64,000 nucleotides of DNA from Gnetum montanum. Taxonomy: Eukaryota > Plantae > Gnetophyta. How positions within the stretch are numbered: position 1 is the first letter of the stretch; every line of letters starts with the position of its first letter. This document shows, in pieces, positions 62,864 through 64,000 of the stretch. A program made the translations under genes and the position numbers. The stretch is taken from assembly GCA_015680685.1 (NCBI GenBank), contig MNCI01001305.1, positions 328,729 through 392,728 of the forward strand. The letters are read 5' to 3'. Below the pieces are notes generated by a model. That model saw only the letters and a list, made by a program, of their open reading frames with translations, did not search any database and was not told the DNA's origin.

Positions 62864-64000
62864 TGATGAGACGCGGTCTGCGTCAGTCGCGATATCGCGT
62901 ACGCGATATCGCATCCCCCGCGAAATCGCGTAAGCGATATCGCAGTCTGCCGCCATGTCTATAAATAAGAGGTGGCTCTCCCTTGTTCAAGGATCCCAGT
63001 TTTAGTGTAGCGAAGCTCTGGCAGTTTGATCCCTCCAGAGTTAGAATTTTTCCCGTGTCTGCCCGCAGTGTGGTGAATGTGATTGTACGGTGTCTTTATT
63101 CGAGTGTGCCGTACTTGGACACGCACATGACCGGCAATAAAGATCGAGATTACTTCATCATTGCAGCATTCACTTAGTTTATTTATTGTTATTTATTTCA
63201 TGTTATTTATTGCTTTCATAGCACGGTGTGAGTACGACTTAGCTACGAGCATCTACGGGTGTGTACGGCTAGTTAAGGAATNNNNNNNNNNNNNNNNNNN
63301 NNNNNNNNNNNNNNNNNNNNNNNNNNNNNNNNNNNNNNNNNNNNNNNNNNNNNNNNNNNNNNNNNNNNNNNNNNNNNNNNNNNNNNNNNNNNNNNNNNNN
63401 NNNNNNNNNNNNNNNNNNNNNNNNNNNNNNNNNNNNNNNNNNNNNNNNNNNNNNNNNNNNNNNNNNNNNNNNNNNNNNNNNNNNNNNNNNNNNNNNNNNN
63501 NNNNNNNNNNNNNNNNNNNNNNNNNNNNNNNNNNNNNNNNNNNNNNNNNNNNNNNNNNNNNNNNNNNNNNNNNNNNNNNNNNNNNNNNNNNNNNNNNNNN
63601 NNNNNNNNNNNNNNNNNNNNNNNNNNNNNNNNNNNNNNNNNNNNNNNNNNNNNNNNNNNNNNNNNNNNNNNNNNNNNNNNNNNNNNNNNNNNNNNNNNNN
63701 NNNNNNNNNNNNNNNNNNNNNNNNNNNNNNNNNNNNNNNNNNNNNNNNNNNNNNNNNNNNNNNNNNNNNNTGCCGGGGATGGTGCTAGTTATCTAGATTA
63801 GTTTAATCATACAAGGTTGTTGTATAGAACTTAACGATATATCTCTTAAAAAGAAGAATTATTAAAAAATCACATAAATTCACGCACAACAATGTCTCTC
63901 CGACAAGATGATAATAACACCACACTTAGTGAGGAAGTTCATTGGAGAACCAACAAACTGTATGACGATGAAGATTGGAGTATACAACCTGAAGTGGGAG
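62864..64000 (+). mobile_element. Young Athila-like element K: 5' LTR from 62864 (spans gap), PBS remnant, probable gag start at 63892
   Basis: TGATGAGAC start; intact CG-rich GCGATATCGC palindromes; TATA box and CCAGAGTTAGAAT motif shared with F and H LTRs; TGCCGGGGA (Asp PBS tail) at 63771; frame open from the ATG at 63892 to the window end. Confidence 0.75.
63282..63770. other. Assembly gap (N run)
   Basis: Run of N. Confidence 1.

Noticed and set aside
63161-63796. 211-aa ORF
   Set aside because: Artefact of reading through the N gap inside an LTR.

Overview
Plant nuclear DNA, probably from a large-genome vascular plant (heavy CG/CHG C->T decay). It is almost entirely a nest of decayed Ty3/gypsy LTR retrotransposons; no intact host gene was found. 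Ogre/Tat-like elements (tRNA-Asn PBS, LTRs starting TGAAACAC, RT-RH-aRH-INT order) dominate the minus strand: A (1-2515) sits in B (2516-7488), which sits in C (7489-~20640). Element G is split by the 27-kb element E (24260-51429, TSD GCAAA/GCAAG). E contains a non-coding mini-LTR element (27005-29743), an Athila-like element F (38297-46622, TSD GCTTG/ACTTG) and a ~6.7-kb block of broken host-gene fragments (YSL transporter, ZAT-type C2H2 zinc finger, FCA-like Q-rich/WW exons). To the right are Athila-like H, a gag-protease-only CRM/TR-GAG-like element I and a younger Athila-like element K. Main discovery: in the Ogre/Tat-like family, protease and RT are separated by a multi-kb spacer with conserved splice-site-like ends and GCCAGTTTTAGGCC arrays. 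In copies C and G the spacer holds an antisense, spliced gene that includes an FCP1/NIF (CTD-phosphatase-like HAD) domain; in copy E the same interval holds the host-gene fragments. All calls come from manual reading and translation, not database searches; boundaries marked ~ are approximate.
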